NCBI RefSeq assembly: GCF_027921745.1
Contig: NC_079238.1
Span: 2,604,001-2,668,000, forward strand
Reading direction: 5' to 3'
Origin: Schizosaccharomyces osmophilus
Lineage: Eukaryota
DNA length: 64,000 nt
Every line of letters begins with the position of its first letter. Positions within the stretch are counted from its first letter, which is position 1. The notes under the pieces were generated by a model, which was given only the letters and a program-made list of their open reading frames with translations, was not told the origin of the DNA and ran no database searches. A program made the position numbers and the translations under genes. This document shows positions 1 through 11,441 of the stretch, in pieces.

Positions 1-1947
1 TTTATTATTCAAATCCCTATCCATATCGGCTTCCATTCTTAACGGTGTATGACTTTGGTTAAATTTATATGGCTTCCAATGATCAGATTCTGAATGTAGA
101 GGACGATGATTTTGAACAACATCTTTTGAGTCAACATTATCAACCCGCTTGGGAATTGGAGCAGTTTCCTTATGAAGAAATGAAAACGAAGACGAAGGGC
201 CATGATCTTGAGATAACTCTTTGTGCTTGTCAGAAGAAGACGTATTTAAAGAGGGAAGTTGAGGAACAGGCGAATGTACACTTGAAAAACTTTTCTGTTT
301 ACCCGCATCATTTGTGCAAATAGATTCCACTTCCTTGAAAGGCGGGTGATCTGATGATTGAGACCGGACCGACTTCTTTTCAGATAACAACGGGAGTAAC
401 GTTGAAGAAGCAGATTGGTTGGCAACAGTACCGCTTTTTTTGGCATCAAGTATAGGAAGCGGCTGAACAACTTTTTTGTTACCAACTTGCTTATCTAATT
501 CATCAACACTAGGATAGCGTGAAAGAATATCAACTTCATCAGTTTGATCATTGCCTTGTTGATTATTTTTAGCATTGTCATTAAGGATGTCACCATGTTT
601 AAGTTGAGACCGAAAGTCATCCAAATTTCTTTTTGGGATGATTGGGCCGGTTGAAGTGACGTTTTGGTTATAGCTGTCATCAGCAGTTGTGGATGCTATG
701 TTTTGTTTATTTTGATCAAAATGCTGAGAGGGCGGTGTCCGACTCGGCCGGCTAAAGGAGCGGTCAAATGACTGTCCAGAATGCTTTGGTGCTATGGACG
801 GACGAGAAATAGGAATAGGAGGAAGCGATCCATGTGAGTGCAAGGAGGAAGCAGGCTGTAGTCGGCCAGAAGGTGTTCTGAAAAGAGGTGCTTTCGGTGG
901 GTTAAAAGTTGAAGCATTCACACCCCCATAAATATCCGAAAGTAGTAGAGGTGCGCCACGCATTTCCATAATTTCCTTTAAAGTTTGATATATATTGGGA
1001 CGATGCGATGGCTGCTCTTGAAGACATGTAGCAATAAACCTTTTCATACGGTCACTGTATTTCGGAAAAGGAGGGATGGAGAATGAAGCTTTCAGAATAG
1101 CAGGACTTCCAACGGTTTCAAATGGAGTTGTATAATAGCAAAGTTTGTAAGCGAGGACGCCAATTGCCCAAATGTCACTCTTTTCGTCGATACCTTGTTG
1201 CCGGTTCAAATCAATCATTTCTGGGCAACGGTACTGAGGAGTCGTATACGCTGCAATATTTTTTTCGACCAATAATCTCGATTCTGGTGTGGCTGCAGGT
1301 GGTATTGTTTCACAAGCACTACCAAAATCGCAAAGTTTATATAAGTTTGGAGCAACTAACAAAACATTTTCAATTTTAAGATCTCGGTGAATTAAAGGTG
1401 GGTCCAAATAATGCATAGCAGCAACCGCATCACACACATCTGCCAAAATTTTCAAAATTTCACTTTCTGTTAAACGAGTTTGAAGTCTAGTGTTCATAAA
1501 ATCAATGAGGCCACCCCCTGCGCAATACTCCATCAATAAAAAGACCTCATAACGGTTTGCCGAATTTGAATATAAAGCGTTCGAATCTATATAATTCACT
1601 ATATGGCGATGGCCCTTAAGACGTTTCATCGTTTCAATTTCTCCGTGTACCAGTTGAAGGGCGGCTTTGTCGGGGACGTGGATGCGTTTCAAAACGCAAC
1701 ACCGCTTATCCTGGGTTTCCACGAGATAAACATGTGAAAACCCACCTTCACTAAGATACCGGATGACCGTAACTGTATGGCTGCCGACAATAAGCTTGGT
1801 ATTTGGTGGGATCCTTGTGTAAAAATCCATTGGAATGAATGCAGAAGAAGCCGGAGGCATATTAGAGAAATTAGAAGGACCTTGGGTCCTAGATACGGGC
1901 CGAAAGTCCTTGCCTATGACTTGATTTTTAGACCAGACTTCAGTCAT
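1..1947 (-). CDS. ppk30: Ark1/Prk1 (NAK) family Ser/Thr protein kinase, Ppk30 orthologue; 3' end lies beyond the window start
   Basis: Absent from the ORF track, consistent with no in-frame stop inside the window. Manual translation from ATG at 1947 gives MTEVWSKNQ...YLSEGGFSHVYLV...VLKRIHV...LLMEYCAGGGLIDFMNTRLQ...PPLIHRDLKIENV, i.e. kinase subdomains with the NAK signature. Frame hand-checked open over 1-540. Adjacent to mot1 as recalled for S. pombe. Confidence 0.9.
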   Translation of the reverse strand, partial: MTEVWSKNQVIGKDFRPVSRTQGPSNFSNMPPASSAFIPMDFYTRIPPNTKLIVGSHTVTVIRYLSEGGFSHVYLVETQDKRCCVLKRIHVPDKAALQLVHGEIETMKRLKGHRHIVNYIDSNALYSNSANRYEVFLLMEYCAGGGLIDFMNTRLQTRLTESEILKILADVCDAVAAMHYLDPPLIHRDLKIENVLLVAPNLYKLCDFGSACETIPPAATPESRLLVEKNIAAYTTPQYRCPEMIDLNRQQGIDEKSDIWAIGVLAYKLCYYTTPFETVGSPAILKASFSIPPFPKYSDRMKRFIATCLQEQPSHRPNIYQTLKEIMEMRGAPLLLSDIYGGVNASTFNPPKAPLFRTPSGRLQPASSLHSHGSLPPIPISRPSIAPKHSGQSFDRSFSRPSRTPPSQHFDQNKQNIASTTADDSYNQNVTSTGPIIPKRNLDDFRSQLKHGDILNDNAKNNQQGNDQTDEVDILSRYPSVDELDKQVGNKKVVQPLPILDAKKSGTVANQSASSTLLPLLSEKKSVRSQSSDHPPFKEVESICTNDAGKQKSFSSVHSPVPQLPSLNTSSSDKHKELSQDHGPSSSFSFLHKETAPIPKRVDNVDSKDVVQNHRPLHSESDHWKPYKFNQSHTPLRMEADMDRDLNNK

Positions 1948-2323
1948 GACTTGGATAAAAACGAGGCGGGTGGTTTTGTAAACTTGCTAAATCAAACACG
2001 ATTTGTATTCAACAGTATTGAATCCCAAAAGAAAGATACAGAATGAAAGTAAAAAAACAATGACAATGCTAGTGCCACGTAGTCAATTATATTTGCTCGA
2101 ATGTCTCTTAACACAAAGATACGAGGTACGCGGCTCCTATTTCGTAAGTAATTGGATCAATTCTATGTTTCAAATCAAGCAAAATCAAGTGATTTTTATG
2201 AACCAGGCTGTATGAGCACTAAAATCGCGCGTACGAATGTAACGTTCGACCAGGATTCCTTCCAACTCTATGATTCTTCCGCACGTTTACAAAAAGAGTA
2301 AAAACAGTAATATTTCCAGGCCA

Positions 2324-2374
2324 ATATATAAATATATATATACATATATATATATATTTACATTTATATATATA
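2324..2374. repeat. Imperfect (TA)n microsatellite
   Basis: atatataaatatatatatacatatatatatatatttacatttatatatatat in the ppk30/mot1 divergent intergenic region. Confidence 0.8.
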
Positions 2375-2710
2375 TGATGAAGTTACCAATTTACATAGAA
2401 ACAGTTACCAACTTTTACTAGGAGCAGCGTAAAGGTTTGTAATAGATTATTAGGACTTCGAATAGACCACAAATAATGCCTTACATACTCCAACAACCAA
2501 CGGTAACTATCTCTTCGCGGTGCGTTAATTTTGTATAACAGACCCTAGCATTGAATGGAAAAGGTGTCTTTTCAAATATAAGAATCTATCGAAGAAACAA
2601 GTCAAGAAATACATAAATAGCTCTTCAATCAACTATCCTTCTGTACTTTTCAATTTCCTTAATATATTATTTGTAATAGATACCATTCTTCTTGATATAA
2701 AATTTTGTCT

Positions 2711-2722
2711 GGGTTAGGGTTT
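2711..2722. promoter_or_regulatory. Telobox/AACCCT-box-like element (GGGTTAGGGTTT), candidate Teb1-type Myb site
   Basis: Reverse complement AAACCCTAACCC in the ppk30/mot1 divergent promoter; motif match only. Confidence 0.3.
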
Positions 2723-3334
2723 CGTAACATTTTTCAACGTTTGCTGGTTCTGTGAATCGCATAAGTACCACATGAGGCCCCGGTAGGAAGGGGATTCAGT
2801 ACCGCCATTGCTAGCGCGACACGAAACTAGTCAATAGTTTTAGGTGAATTATGCAACGTTAATAGATCAAAACTTCTAGATTGGAACATTAAAAAGAAGT
2901 TCGTATACTAATTGATTGAAATAACGTTGCAAAAGGTTGGAAAGGATTAGAAGAAGGCCTTTTTTCCTGCAACAGACGCTTGTAAACAAAGGATAGCATT
3001 CATAACTTTTACGTTGCTGGACATATTTATCTAAATAGCGTTTGTCCTTCTTGACTAAATTGAAGAAAGCTGTTATTTTGCTGCTTCTGTCTCTTATAAT
3101 CGCAACACAAGTACCTTTTGTAAAGTTTCACTTTTTAGACATCACATTCTTGTTTGTCTTTGTGTTTGCGAGAGAGAAGGTTTTGAATTATTCGTTGTGT
3201 ACGTTTAAAGAACAAAAAGATTTATATACTTTATTGGGAGAATTATCCATTCAACACTGTCTACTGGATTTTGTTGGAACAATTGCATATACTTTGTATA
3301 TTTTAGGTTTTATAAAAAATCAAAGAATTCCTAT

Positions 3335-6300
3335 ATGACTACACGCTTGGATCGATTGGTGGTGTTGCTGGACAACGGTTCTACATCAGTCGTTCGTGAA
3401 GCCGCTGCGAAACAAATTGCTGATATTCAAAAGGCACATCCGGTTGAGCTCTATAATTTACTGGGCCGTGTCGTCCCCTACTTGAAATCGAAGAATTGGG
3501 ACACCCGCGTTGCAGCTGCAAAAGCCATTGGAGGTATAGCTGAAAGTGTCCCAGTATGGAATCCAAATGAAGAGGTTGTAAAAACCGAGACCAAAGAAGA
3601 AGAAGATGAAGTTGGAAATACTATTTCCAATTCGGTGACGAACCAAAATGAAGAGCAAAAGTCAGACACCACTGTTCCTTCCGATGAACAGGCACCTAAG
3701 GTGAAGGAGGAAGAAGTGGAACAATCATCGACCGCTGAAGATTATACACAGCAATCAAAGGATACCTCAGGTGAAAGTGATGAAAAAAGTAAAATTGTTC
3801 CCGGGTTGCAGGAATTTGAAGAGAAGCGGCTATCTAGTCGTTCTCACTCATTCAATAACCTGGTTCCTATAAAAGATTTTGGGAATGACTCTTCCATATC
3901 ATCGGAACTAAACTCCAAGTTTGAAGGAAGCTTTCAGAATTCTTTGCTTTCTTTTGATAATTTCAATTTGGAAGACGTCATGAAGCACGGTACGAAGTTA
4001 CTAGGCAGTGCTAGTCGCGACTATGATTTTACTCCGTCAGACACTTATTCTTCTCACTATATTCATCAATTATCCAACCTCAAAAATCGTTTAGGGCTCG
4101 CTGGCGAGTATTTAGACGATGAACTCATGCATGATTTGGGTGATCAATCTTCCCCACACCATAGACCTTCCCCCATATCTTTACATCCTGAACAGGAGGC
4201 TAATCAATCCTCGGTTGGTGCCTTGAATAGCCCGAATGAGTCTGATGATTTATCTCATTTGTCTGCTCGTCAGCGTAATGCTTTGAAACGTAAAGCCAAA
4301 CAAATGAAAAGCTCTCAAAAAGTTCGTGTTATTGACGTGGCTCCCAACATCAATCAGCAATCCTCAAAAACAGCCAAATCGGATCCCAATTCCGCTCCTG
4401 AGTACAATTTCACCGCTCAATCTCAGTCAGATAAACTTGTTGTGGAACAAAAGGCTCCAGTTGTGCCATCTGCCGCTGTTGCAGTTACTAGCGACTCTGT
4501 TTGGCCTTTTAAAACTCTTGTCGAATTGCTTTTAGTGGATATGTTTGATCCTGCTTGGGAAATAAGACATGGTGCTTGTATGGGTTTACGTGAGATTATA
4601 AGGTTTGCAGGTTTTGGATATGGACGTGAGGTGGGTAAAAGCTTACAAGAAAATAACGAATTGAATACCAAATATTTTAATGATCTTTTATGCCGTATTG
4701 CTTGTGTTTTTGCTTTGGACAGATTTGGAGATTACTTGGCTGATCAAGTCGTCGCGCCTATACGTGAATCGGTTAGTCAGGTGCTCGGTGTTGCCCTTAT
4801 TTATGTACCCGACACTTCAGTTCATGCGATGTATAAGATACTCCATTCTTTGGTTTTTCAAAATGAACTTGGTCTCAGTCATAGGGTATGGGAAGCTGCA
4901 CATGGTGGTATGCTTGGTATTAAGTACCTAGTGGCGATGAAATATCCCATGTTCTTTTCCCAACCATCCTATCTAGACAGCCTAATTGATATAGTAATTC
5001 AAGGTTTAGCCAATAATGACGACGACGTTCGTGCGGTTAGTGCATTAACCTTGTTACCGGTTGCTGATAAACTTGTCGCTGGTAAACTGGATTCATGCCG
5101 TCAACTACTTAACGTCTTATGGGATTGTTTGGATGATGTTAAAGATGATCTTTCTTCGTCAACGGCTAGTGTCATGGATCTTTTGTCTTGTTTATGTTCT
5201 TTTGCGGAAGTAATGGAACTTATGCAAGAAAATGCAAACTCTGATTCAAAACGTTCTTTTAGGACTCTAGTTCCGCGACTTTTTTACTTGATGCGATATA
5301 CCCTCAGTGGTGTTCGAAGATCAGTCATCTACGCGCTGAGTAAGTTCGTCTTTACTAAAACTCCAAAATTGAATAGCTGGATTACAGGGTTAAGTTTACG
5401 ACTTTGTTTTCAGAATGTTTTGCTTGAACAACAAGATGACATCTTTCAGTCTTCTTTTGATTTGGCGCATGACATTATTGATGCTTTGTTTTTTCATGGG
5501 ACGGACAAGTTCACTGAAATGATGAAGCCACATATTGAATCGATGCTCAAAGTTACCATGACTCCTATAGGTTCCACGCGACATCCCTACCCAATCGATA
5601 CATCGTTACTTATAAAACCATCTGGTCAACCATACGCCATACGAAGTACTGCTCAGGACCGTAATTCTAAATTTATGTTCGACTTACCCTCGCGTAGAAA
5701 ACAGAGACGACATGCAGAGTATGATTCTGGTTCATCATTTTCACACTCTGTTGATGAGCCTATGTTAAATGGTGATGTAGAGTTCGTTGGTGAAGAGCGT
5801 ATGTTGAGATGTCGTTTAGGGGCTGCATCCATTTTGGGTGCAATTTTAGGCCGCTGGAAAAGAGATGAAATACTTCCCGTATTTGAATCACCCTTGAAGC
5901 TGTGCCTTTCATCTGCATTTTCTACTCCCGTTGTACTTTGTTCAAGGTTGATAGAAGAATTTTTTGCTTTTCAAGATTCCTCTCTTACGACTCAAAAAGA
6001 AAAGTTTCATCAAATGCTTTGTGACCAATTTACAATCATTCCTCGCGAAACGTATGCTAATTTAGTACCGCAATTACATATCGTCAGGGCGCAATGTAAT
6101 GCACTTTTAAATACATTCGTAGATTTAGGACGTGCCTCAAGGTCTAAAATACCTGTACTAGCTGTTGTTGTGAAGGGTGATGCAGATGCTGGTCCTAATG
6201 CTTTTGGTATTGATGATGCTGAGAAAATAATTGGCCCTACATTTGAGTCATTATTTAGCATGCTTTCACCATCACAAAAATCTGTGTCTGCTAAAACTTT

Positions 6301-9298
6301 CAATGAGATGAAGCTATTAGTCAGTGATGAGGTTTCAATGTATAGGGATCACAAGGATACTATTGATATCCAATGTGCTGCTGCTCTCGCATCTGGTATA
6401 GTCTCTTATGAAAAATTACCGAAGAAATTAAATCCGATTATCAAGGGTATTATGGAATCTATAAAGAAGGAGAGTTTCTCTTGTCTACAAAGGCATTCAG
6501 CGATGGCTATGATGAAACTAATATCTTCATGTTATAGAGAGTCTCGCCAAAATATTTCTGAAAAAATAGTAAAGAATTTATGTGCTTATGTTTGCATGGA
6601 TACTTCTGAAACTCCTATATTTGAAGAATTGGACAAGCGAGGTATATTGTCAATTTCCAATAGCGAATCCGAGATTGAAGAAGTTGACGGCGAGAAAATT
6701 GGCAAAAATCCTTTAGGGGATATCGATGAGCGCCGTAGGACTCGGTCTAGTAGCACTGAAAAGGATGCAGCAATTCTTCAAAGGGTTGGTGCTCAATTAA
6801 CACTTCAGTTAATGGCAACAACTTTTCGTAGTCGATTATTTGAAGACGTTCCTGTACTGTCACAATGCTTGTTTTCTCCAATTAAACGATTCGCTGAAGA
6901 AGGACTTCCCTTAGATGCGGATGGTAAAAAAGACCATACTTTCGGTCAGGACTTACTTGATGCCATGTCTATTCTTCGGTTTTTGGTTCCTCATTTACAT
7001 GCCGATTTATGTGGTTATATAACAGATATTTTACCAAATTTGCTTTCAGCTGTGTGCTCCGAATACAATTCTATAAGATTTATGGTTGCAAAGTGCCTTG
7101 CTTCAATATCTGACTCTGCTACGGCTGGTTCTAAAGCATTACGAATACTGGTTGAGAGTATAATTCCTTTACTGGGTGATCCGACTAATACTACACATAG
7201 GCAAGGTGCTATTGAATGCATTTACCAAGTGGTGCAGCGACTTGGCGTTCGTGTTTTACCTTATGTGTTGTACCTTATTATTCCCCTTTTAGGTAGGATG
7301 AGTGATTCTGATAAAGATGTGAGAACTCTAGCTACTTCATCATTTGCAACGCTCGTCAAACTAGTACCTCTCGAAGCGGGTATTCCAGATCCTGTTGATC
7401 TTCCCCAGGAACTTATTGATAGCAGAGAAAAGGAAAGGCGTTTTCTCGAGCAGATGTTAAATCCTACAAAGGTTGACTCTTTTGTAATGCCTGTCGCTAT
7501 AAATGCGGACCTTAGGAAGTATCAACAAGAAGGTGTCAACTGGTTGGCATTTTTAAACAAATACGAGTTACATGGTATCCTTTGTGACGATATGGGTCTT
7601 GGAAAAACGTTACAAACAATATGTGTAGTAGCCAGTGATCATCACAATCGTCAGAAAGCTTTTGAAGAAACCAAAAGCCCCAGATATGCTCATGCGCCTT
7701 CTCTGGTTGTTTGTCCGTCAACGTTAGCTGGGCATTGGCAGCAAGAACTACTAACGTATGCGCCATTTTTGAAGGTTCTATTATATGTAGGACCTCCCAC
7801 TGACCGTACGAAATTGCGAAAACAACTTAAAGCGGTGGATGTTGTGGTAACCTCCTATGACATTTGCCGGAATGACATGGATTCTCTTGTCAAAGTCGAT
7901 TGGAATTACTGCGTATTGGATGAAGGCCATGTCATAAAAAATGCCCGTGCCAAACTTACTAAAGCAGTTAAGTGTATAAGATCGTATCACCGACTTATTC
8001 TATCTGGTACTCCAATTCAAAACAACGTTTTGGAGCTTTGGTCTCTCTTTGACTTTCTAATGCCTGGCTTTTTGGGTTCTGAAAAAGTATTTCATGAAAG
8101 GTTTGTGAAACCAATTGCTGCAAGTCGAGATGCGAAGAGTTCATCCAAAGAAAGGGAAAGAGGTACATTGGCTTTAGAAGCAATACATAAGCAAGTCCTT
8201 CCTTTCTTGTTGCGTCGATTAAAAGAAGATGTCTTAGCCGACTTACCTCCTAAAATTATTCAGGACTATTATTGTGAGATGAGCGATTTACAACGGAAAC
8301 TCCATAACGATTTTATCTCTCAATTAAATATAAACGAGGAGCTTGAAGCTGACGTGGGTGAAGAGGAAAACAAAAAGCATGCGAAAAAGAAATCACCAAA
8401 GGGACACATTTTCCAAGCATTGCAATACATGCGTAAACTTTGCAATCACCCTGCTCTAATATTGACTGAGAAACATCCCAAACGTGGTGAAATCTCGAAG
8501 CAATTACAAAAAGAGCACAGTACTCTTCATGATCTTAAACATGCTCCAAAATTGATGGCGCTTGGTCAATTACTTAAAGACTGTGGTATAGGTGATTCCT
8601 CGTATAATGGTGGAGGGGTTGATTCAACATTAACTAATCCTGTGAGTGAACATCGGGTACTTATTTTCTGTCAACTTAAAGATATGCTAGACATGGTTGA
8701 GAAAGATCTTTTACGAGCTACTATGCCAAGTGTTTCTTATATGAGACTTGATGGTTCTGTTGAGCCCACCAAACGCCAGGAGGCTGTAACGAAATTTAAT
8801 AACGATCCTTCCATTGACGTTCTATTATTAACTACACATGTCGGTGGTTTAGGCTTGAACTTGACAGGTGCCGATACTGTCATTTTCGTTGAGCATGACT
8901 GGAATCCTATGCGTGACTTGCAAGCAATGGATAGAGCACATCGTATCGGACAGAAGAAAGTTGTAAATGTATATCGATTGATTACTAAGGATTGCCTTGA
9001 AGAGAAGATTATGGGTTTGCAACGGTTTAAGATGAATGTTGCGTCGACTGTCGTTAATCAGCAAAACAATGGACTAGCGTCTATAGGACCAGACCAGATA
9101 TTAGATTTGTTTGATACCAATGCCGACGAGCAGAAAGAGGATGAGAAAAAACAAAAGATTTTGGACACCGATAACCAAGGTCTAAGTGCTAATTCAAAGA
9201 AAGCCTTGGAAGGGTTACCGGAAATGTGGGATGAAACACAATATGATGAGTTTAATTTGGATGGATTTATATCCTCATTGCCCAAGGAAGCTCAATAA
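3335..9298 (+). CDS. mot1: TBP-associated Swi2/Snf2 ATPase Mot1 (BTAF1), 1987 aa
   Basis: N-terminus MTTRLDRLVVLLD with HEAT repeats; SNF2 motifs GILCDDMGLGKT, VLDEGH, LSGTPIQNN, QAMDRAHRIGQ. Confidence 0.97.
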   Translation: MTTRLDRLVVLLDNGSTSVVREAAAKQIADIQKAHPVELYNLLGRVVPYLKSKNWDTRVAAAKAIGGIAESVPVWNPNEEVVKTETKEEEDEVGNTISNSVTNQNEEQKSDTTVPSDEQAPKVKEEEVEQSSTAEDYTQQSKDTSGESDEKSKIVPGLQEFEEKRLSSRSHSFNNLVPIKDFGNDSSISSELNSKFEGSFQNSLLSFDNFNLEDVMKHGTKLLGSASRDYDFTPSDTYSSHYIHQLSNLKNRLGLAGEYLDDELMHDLGDQSSPHHRPSPISLHPEQEANQSSVGALNSPNESDDLSHLSARQRNALKRKAKQMKSSQKVRVIDVAPNINQQSSKTAKSDPNSAPEYNFTAQSQSDKLVVEQKAPVVPSAAVAVTSDSVWPFKTLVELLLVDMFDPAWEIRHGACMGLREIIRFAGFGYGREVGKSLQENNELNTKYFNDLLCRIACVFALDRFGDYLADQVVAPIRESVSQVLGVALIYVPDTSVHAMYKILHSLVFQNELGLSHRVWEAAHGGMLGIKYLVAMKYPMFFSQPSYLDSLIDIVIQGLANNDDDVRAVSALTLLPVADKLVAGKLDSCRQLLNVLWDCLDDVKDDLSSSTASVMDLLSCLCSFAEVMELMQENANSDSKRSFRTLVPRLFYLMRYTLSGVRRSVIYALSKFVFTKTPKLNSWITGLSLRLCFQNVLLEQQDDIFQSSFDLAHDIIDALFFHGTDKFTEMMKPHIESMLKVTMTPIGSTRHPYPIDTSLLIKPSGQPYAIRSTAQDRNSKFMFDLPSRRKQRRHAEYDSGSSFSHSVDEPMLNGDVEFVGEERMLRCRLGAASILGAILGRWKRDEILPVFESPLKLCLSSAFSTPVVLCSRLIEEFFAFQDSSLTTQKEKFHQMLCDQFTIIPRETYANLVPQLHIVRAQCNALLNTFVDLGRASRSKIPVLAVVVKGDADAGPNAFGIDDAEKIIGPTFESLFSMLSPSQKSVSAKTFNEMKLLVSDEVSMYRDHKDTIDIQCAAALASGIVSYEKLPKKLNPIIKGIMESIKKESFSCLQRHSAMAMMKLISSCYRESRQNISEKIVKNLCAYVCMDTSETPIFEELDKRGILSISNSESEIEEVDGEKIGKNPLGDIDERRRTRSSSTEKDAAILQRVGAQLTLQLMATTFRSRLFEDVPVLSQCLFSPIKRFAEEGLPLDADGKKDHTFGQDLLDAMSILRFLVPHLHADLCGYITDILPNLLSAVCSEYNSIRFMVAKCLASISDSATAGSKALRILVESIIPLLGDPTNTTHRQGAIECIYQVVQRLGVRVLPYVLYLIIPLLGRMSDSDKDVRTLATSSFATLVKLVPLEAGIPDPVDLPQELIDSREKERRFLEQMLNPTKVDSFVMPVAINADLRKYQQEGVNWLAFLNKYELHGILCDDMGLGKTLQTICVVASDHHNRQKAFEETKSPRYAHAPSLVVCPSTLAGHWQQELLTYAPFLKVLLYVGPPTDRTKLRKQLKAVDVVVTSYDICRNDMDSLVKVDWNYCVLDEGHVIKNARAKLTKAVKCIRSYHRLILSGTPIQNNVLELWSLFDFLMPGFLGSEKVFHERFVKPIAASRDAKSSSKERERGTLALEAIHKQVLPFLLRRLKEDVLADLPPKIIQDYYCEMSDLQRKLHNDFISQLNINEELEADVGEEENKKHAKKKSPKGHIFQALQYMRKLCNHPALILTEKHPKRGEISKQLQKEHSTLHDLKHAPKLMALGQLLKDCGIGDSSYNGGGVDSTLTNPVSEHRVLIFCQLKDMLDMVEKDLLRATMPSVSYMRLDGSVEPTKRQEAVTKFNNDPSIDVLLLTTHVGGLGLNLTGADTVIFVEHDWNPMRDLQAMDRAHRIGQKKVVNVYRLITKDCLEEKIMGLQRFKMNVASTVVNQQNNGLASIGPDQILDLFDTNADEQKEDEKKQKILDTDNQGLSANSKKALEGLPEMWDETQYDEFNLDGFISSLPKEAQ

Positions 9299-9570
9299 TT
9301 ATAACTGATGCCTTTTATTTAAGTTAGTTATTTAATTCATGTTAATATTAGAACTTAAGCTGTACAATAGAAGTTAATGCCCGTTTATAATAAATTAAGT
9401 GAAATGAAACTCAAAGGACAAGAATAAGAAAATTGTGAATTGGAAATGTATAAGACTCAGGCTCACAAAAGTAAGACCTCACCAGGAACGACCTTTGCTG
9501 GTATTAGCATGAAGGTGCGCGATGACTATGAGAAATCAAACGTTCTATAAATGAATGTTGGGCTCGGTAT

Positions 9571-11074
9571 TTAAATTAATTTTTGGTTTATATAATTTCT
9601 AAACAATTCGATTTCCTCTCTTGTGAATGCGCAGCTAAATTAGTTAGAATTAGAAAGCCGTGATTAAATATTTCAAACACTTACAAAATGGGTACTTGAG
9701 ATGGATTAATTTCTTTAGGAATGGGTCGAGAAAAGGCACGAAGTTCAGTGCACAGAATTGAGCCTATACCCGTTACACTTAAATGTTTAAGGTTCTTGCA
9801 GTTGATCATTAAATAACTTATTGACTGTTAAAAAGTTAGTGGTCGTCAGTATACACTGTGCATACCTTTGCTGTCAACCCGGTACAGTAGGAAAGGTGGA
9901 TGCGTTCGAGAAATCTTGAGCTGCAGTTAGAGAGATGGATTATTGAAATGTCAGTTAAAAATATGCACTTGACTAGGCCAACTCTTTGTAGGCGAGGAAG
10001 TTTAGCTATTTCAGCAACGGAGTTGTCCGTTAACCGAAAACAGCCTCCAAAATCAACGTAAGTAAGGTTTTTGCATGACTTCAAGACCATTGTAATTCCT
10101 AGATCAGTTAATTCATTACAATGGCCCAGATGTAAGGAGGTAAGATGTGTTTTCAAATTTGATATTCCCGTCAATGCCGCATCTGTGATTTTATTGCATT
10201 TGGTTAAATACAAAGTTTGCAATTTTGGAAAAAATTCGCAGATTTTGAGGACATGAGTGTTTGAAAGCTCTGAAAGACCAGTCAAATTAAGACTTCTTAG
10301 GGAGCAGAATTTTGAAGGGAATGTATAGTAGTACTCCATAAAGTTGGTCAGATAAAAGCAGCCTGACATATTCAATTCTTTCAAATTTTTGTGTTTCATA
10401 ACTGCTTTAATTAATACAGATGGATCTTTCATATTTATGCAACCACTGATGTCCAGCTCTATTAAATCACCATGTTCACTTAGTGTTTGCAGAGTTTTTT
10501 CGGTTAAAGATATGCAATTAGTTAATTTGAGTTTTTTTAGATGCTTGCAATGTACTAATGTCTCTTTCAATTGTGAGTCATCCAGAAGAACGCATTGAGA
10601 AAGTGACAATGTTTTCAATTTCTTCAACTTTGGTAGAGCAGTTAACATAGTTTTCCATGATAGATTAGGTATTCCGCTCAAATCCAGGACCATGGTGTTT
10701 AAATTGTTTAAAAGTATAGCACTAACCATGTTATCGGTTAATCTAGTACAGCCAGAAAAATTAATCCTTGAAAGATTCTTCGATCCTAGCAACAATAACA
10801 TATGCTCATCTGTAACGAAGTTGCTCACATACGAGAGATTCAGTTTTCTAGAGTGCACACAGTAATTTTCGGCATTTTCAAGTGTTTTTAAAATTCTTAA
10901 AAATCTCTGGAAGTCAGGTAACGTTTTGAAGACCAATTTTTCCCATATGGTCGGTAAGATAAATTGGCACCATACGGGACTCACTGTTAGACAATTATAC
11001 AGGTCGGACGTTTCCATATAAGAGATAATTTTATAGCAAATTTCATTAGGCAAAGACGTATTAAAGCTCATCAT
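9571..11074 (-). CDS. pof2: F-box/leucine-rich-repeat protein Pof2 (Grr1-like), about 470 aa, 3 exons
   Basis: F-box LPNEICYKIISYM followed by cysteine-containing LRRs. Exons 11074-9866, 9824-9685, 9634-9571; introns GTATGC..CTAAC..CAG (41 nt) and GTAAGT..CTAAC..TAG (50 nt). Start uncertain: in-frame ATGs also at 11071, 11110 and 11212. Confidence 0.88.
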
Positions 11075-11145
11075 CTTGTGAGTTATTTGTAAGTTCAAAA
11101 AGTCGTCCATTGAAGAAAAGCCATTTAAAAGGTGTTTGGTGAAAT

Positions 11146-11156
11146 GTAAACAAACA
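11146..11156. promoter_or_regulatory. FLEX forkhead (Mei4/Fkh2-type) element upstream of pof2
   Basis: Exact GTAAACAAACA about 70 bp upstream of the ATG at 11074. Confidence 0.5.
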
Positions 11157-11441
11157 TACAAAACACTAAGTCTACAACGTGTTGCATAGTAGCTATACAC
11201 AAAATAAAACATAAAAAGTAAGATATTTAAATAATATTAGTCAAAGAACCACATCAGAATGAAAGTCATTTCTCATACATTTACCAAAGAGCTTCGAATA
11301 GTTTATGTCCTCATAATACTTATTCAATCAAGGAGCCACGAAGTTAGTAAACTAAAAAGTAACGTAAAGATTCGAGTATATTGTTAATAGGAGTCATTAG
11401 TTGTCAGAATAAAAAAAGGTAGTAGTCGTAGAACAATCAAA

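Noticed and set aside
69..2215. Small track ORFs in the first 2.2 kb
   Set aside because: They are antisense or off-frame shadows of the ppk30 CDS, or lie in its AT-rich leader.
3042..3338. 98-aa hydrophobic ORF overlapping the mot1 start
   Set aside because: TTG start, no internal ATG, T-rich 5'UTR-like composition; no coding evidence.
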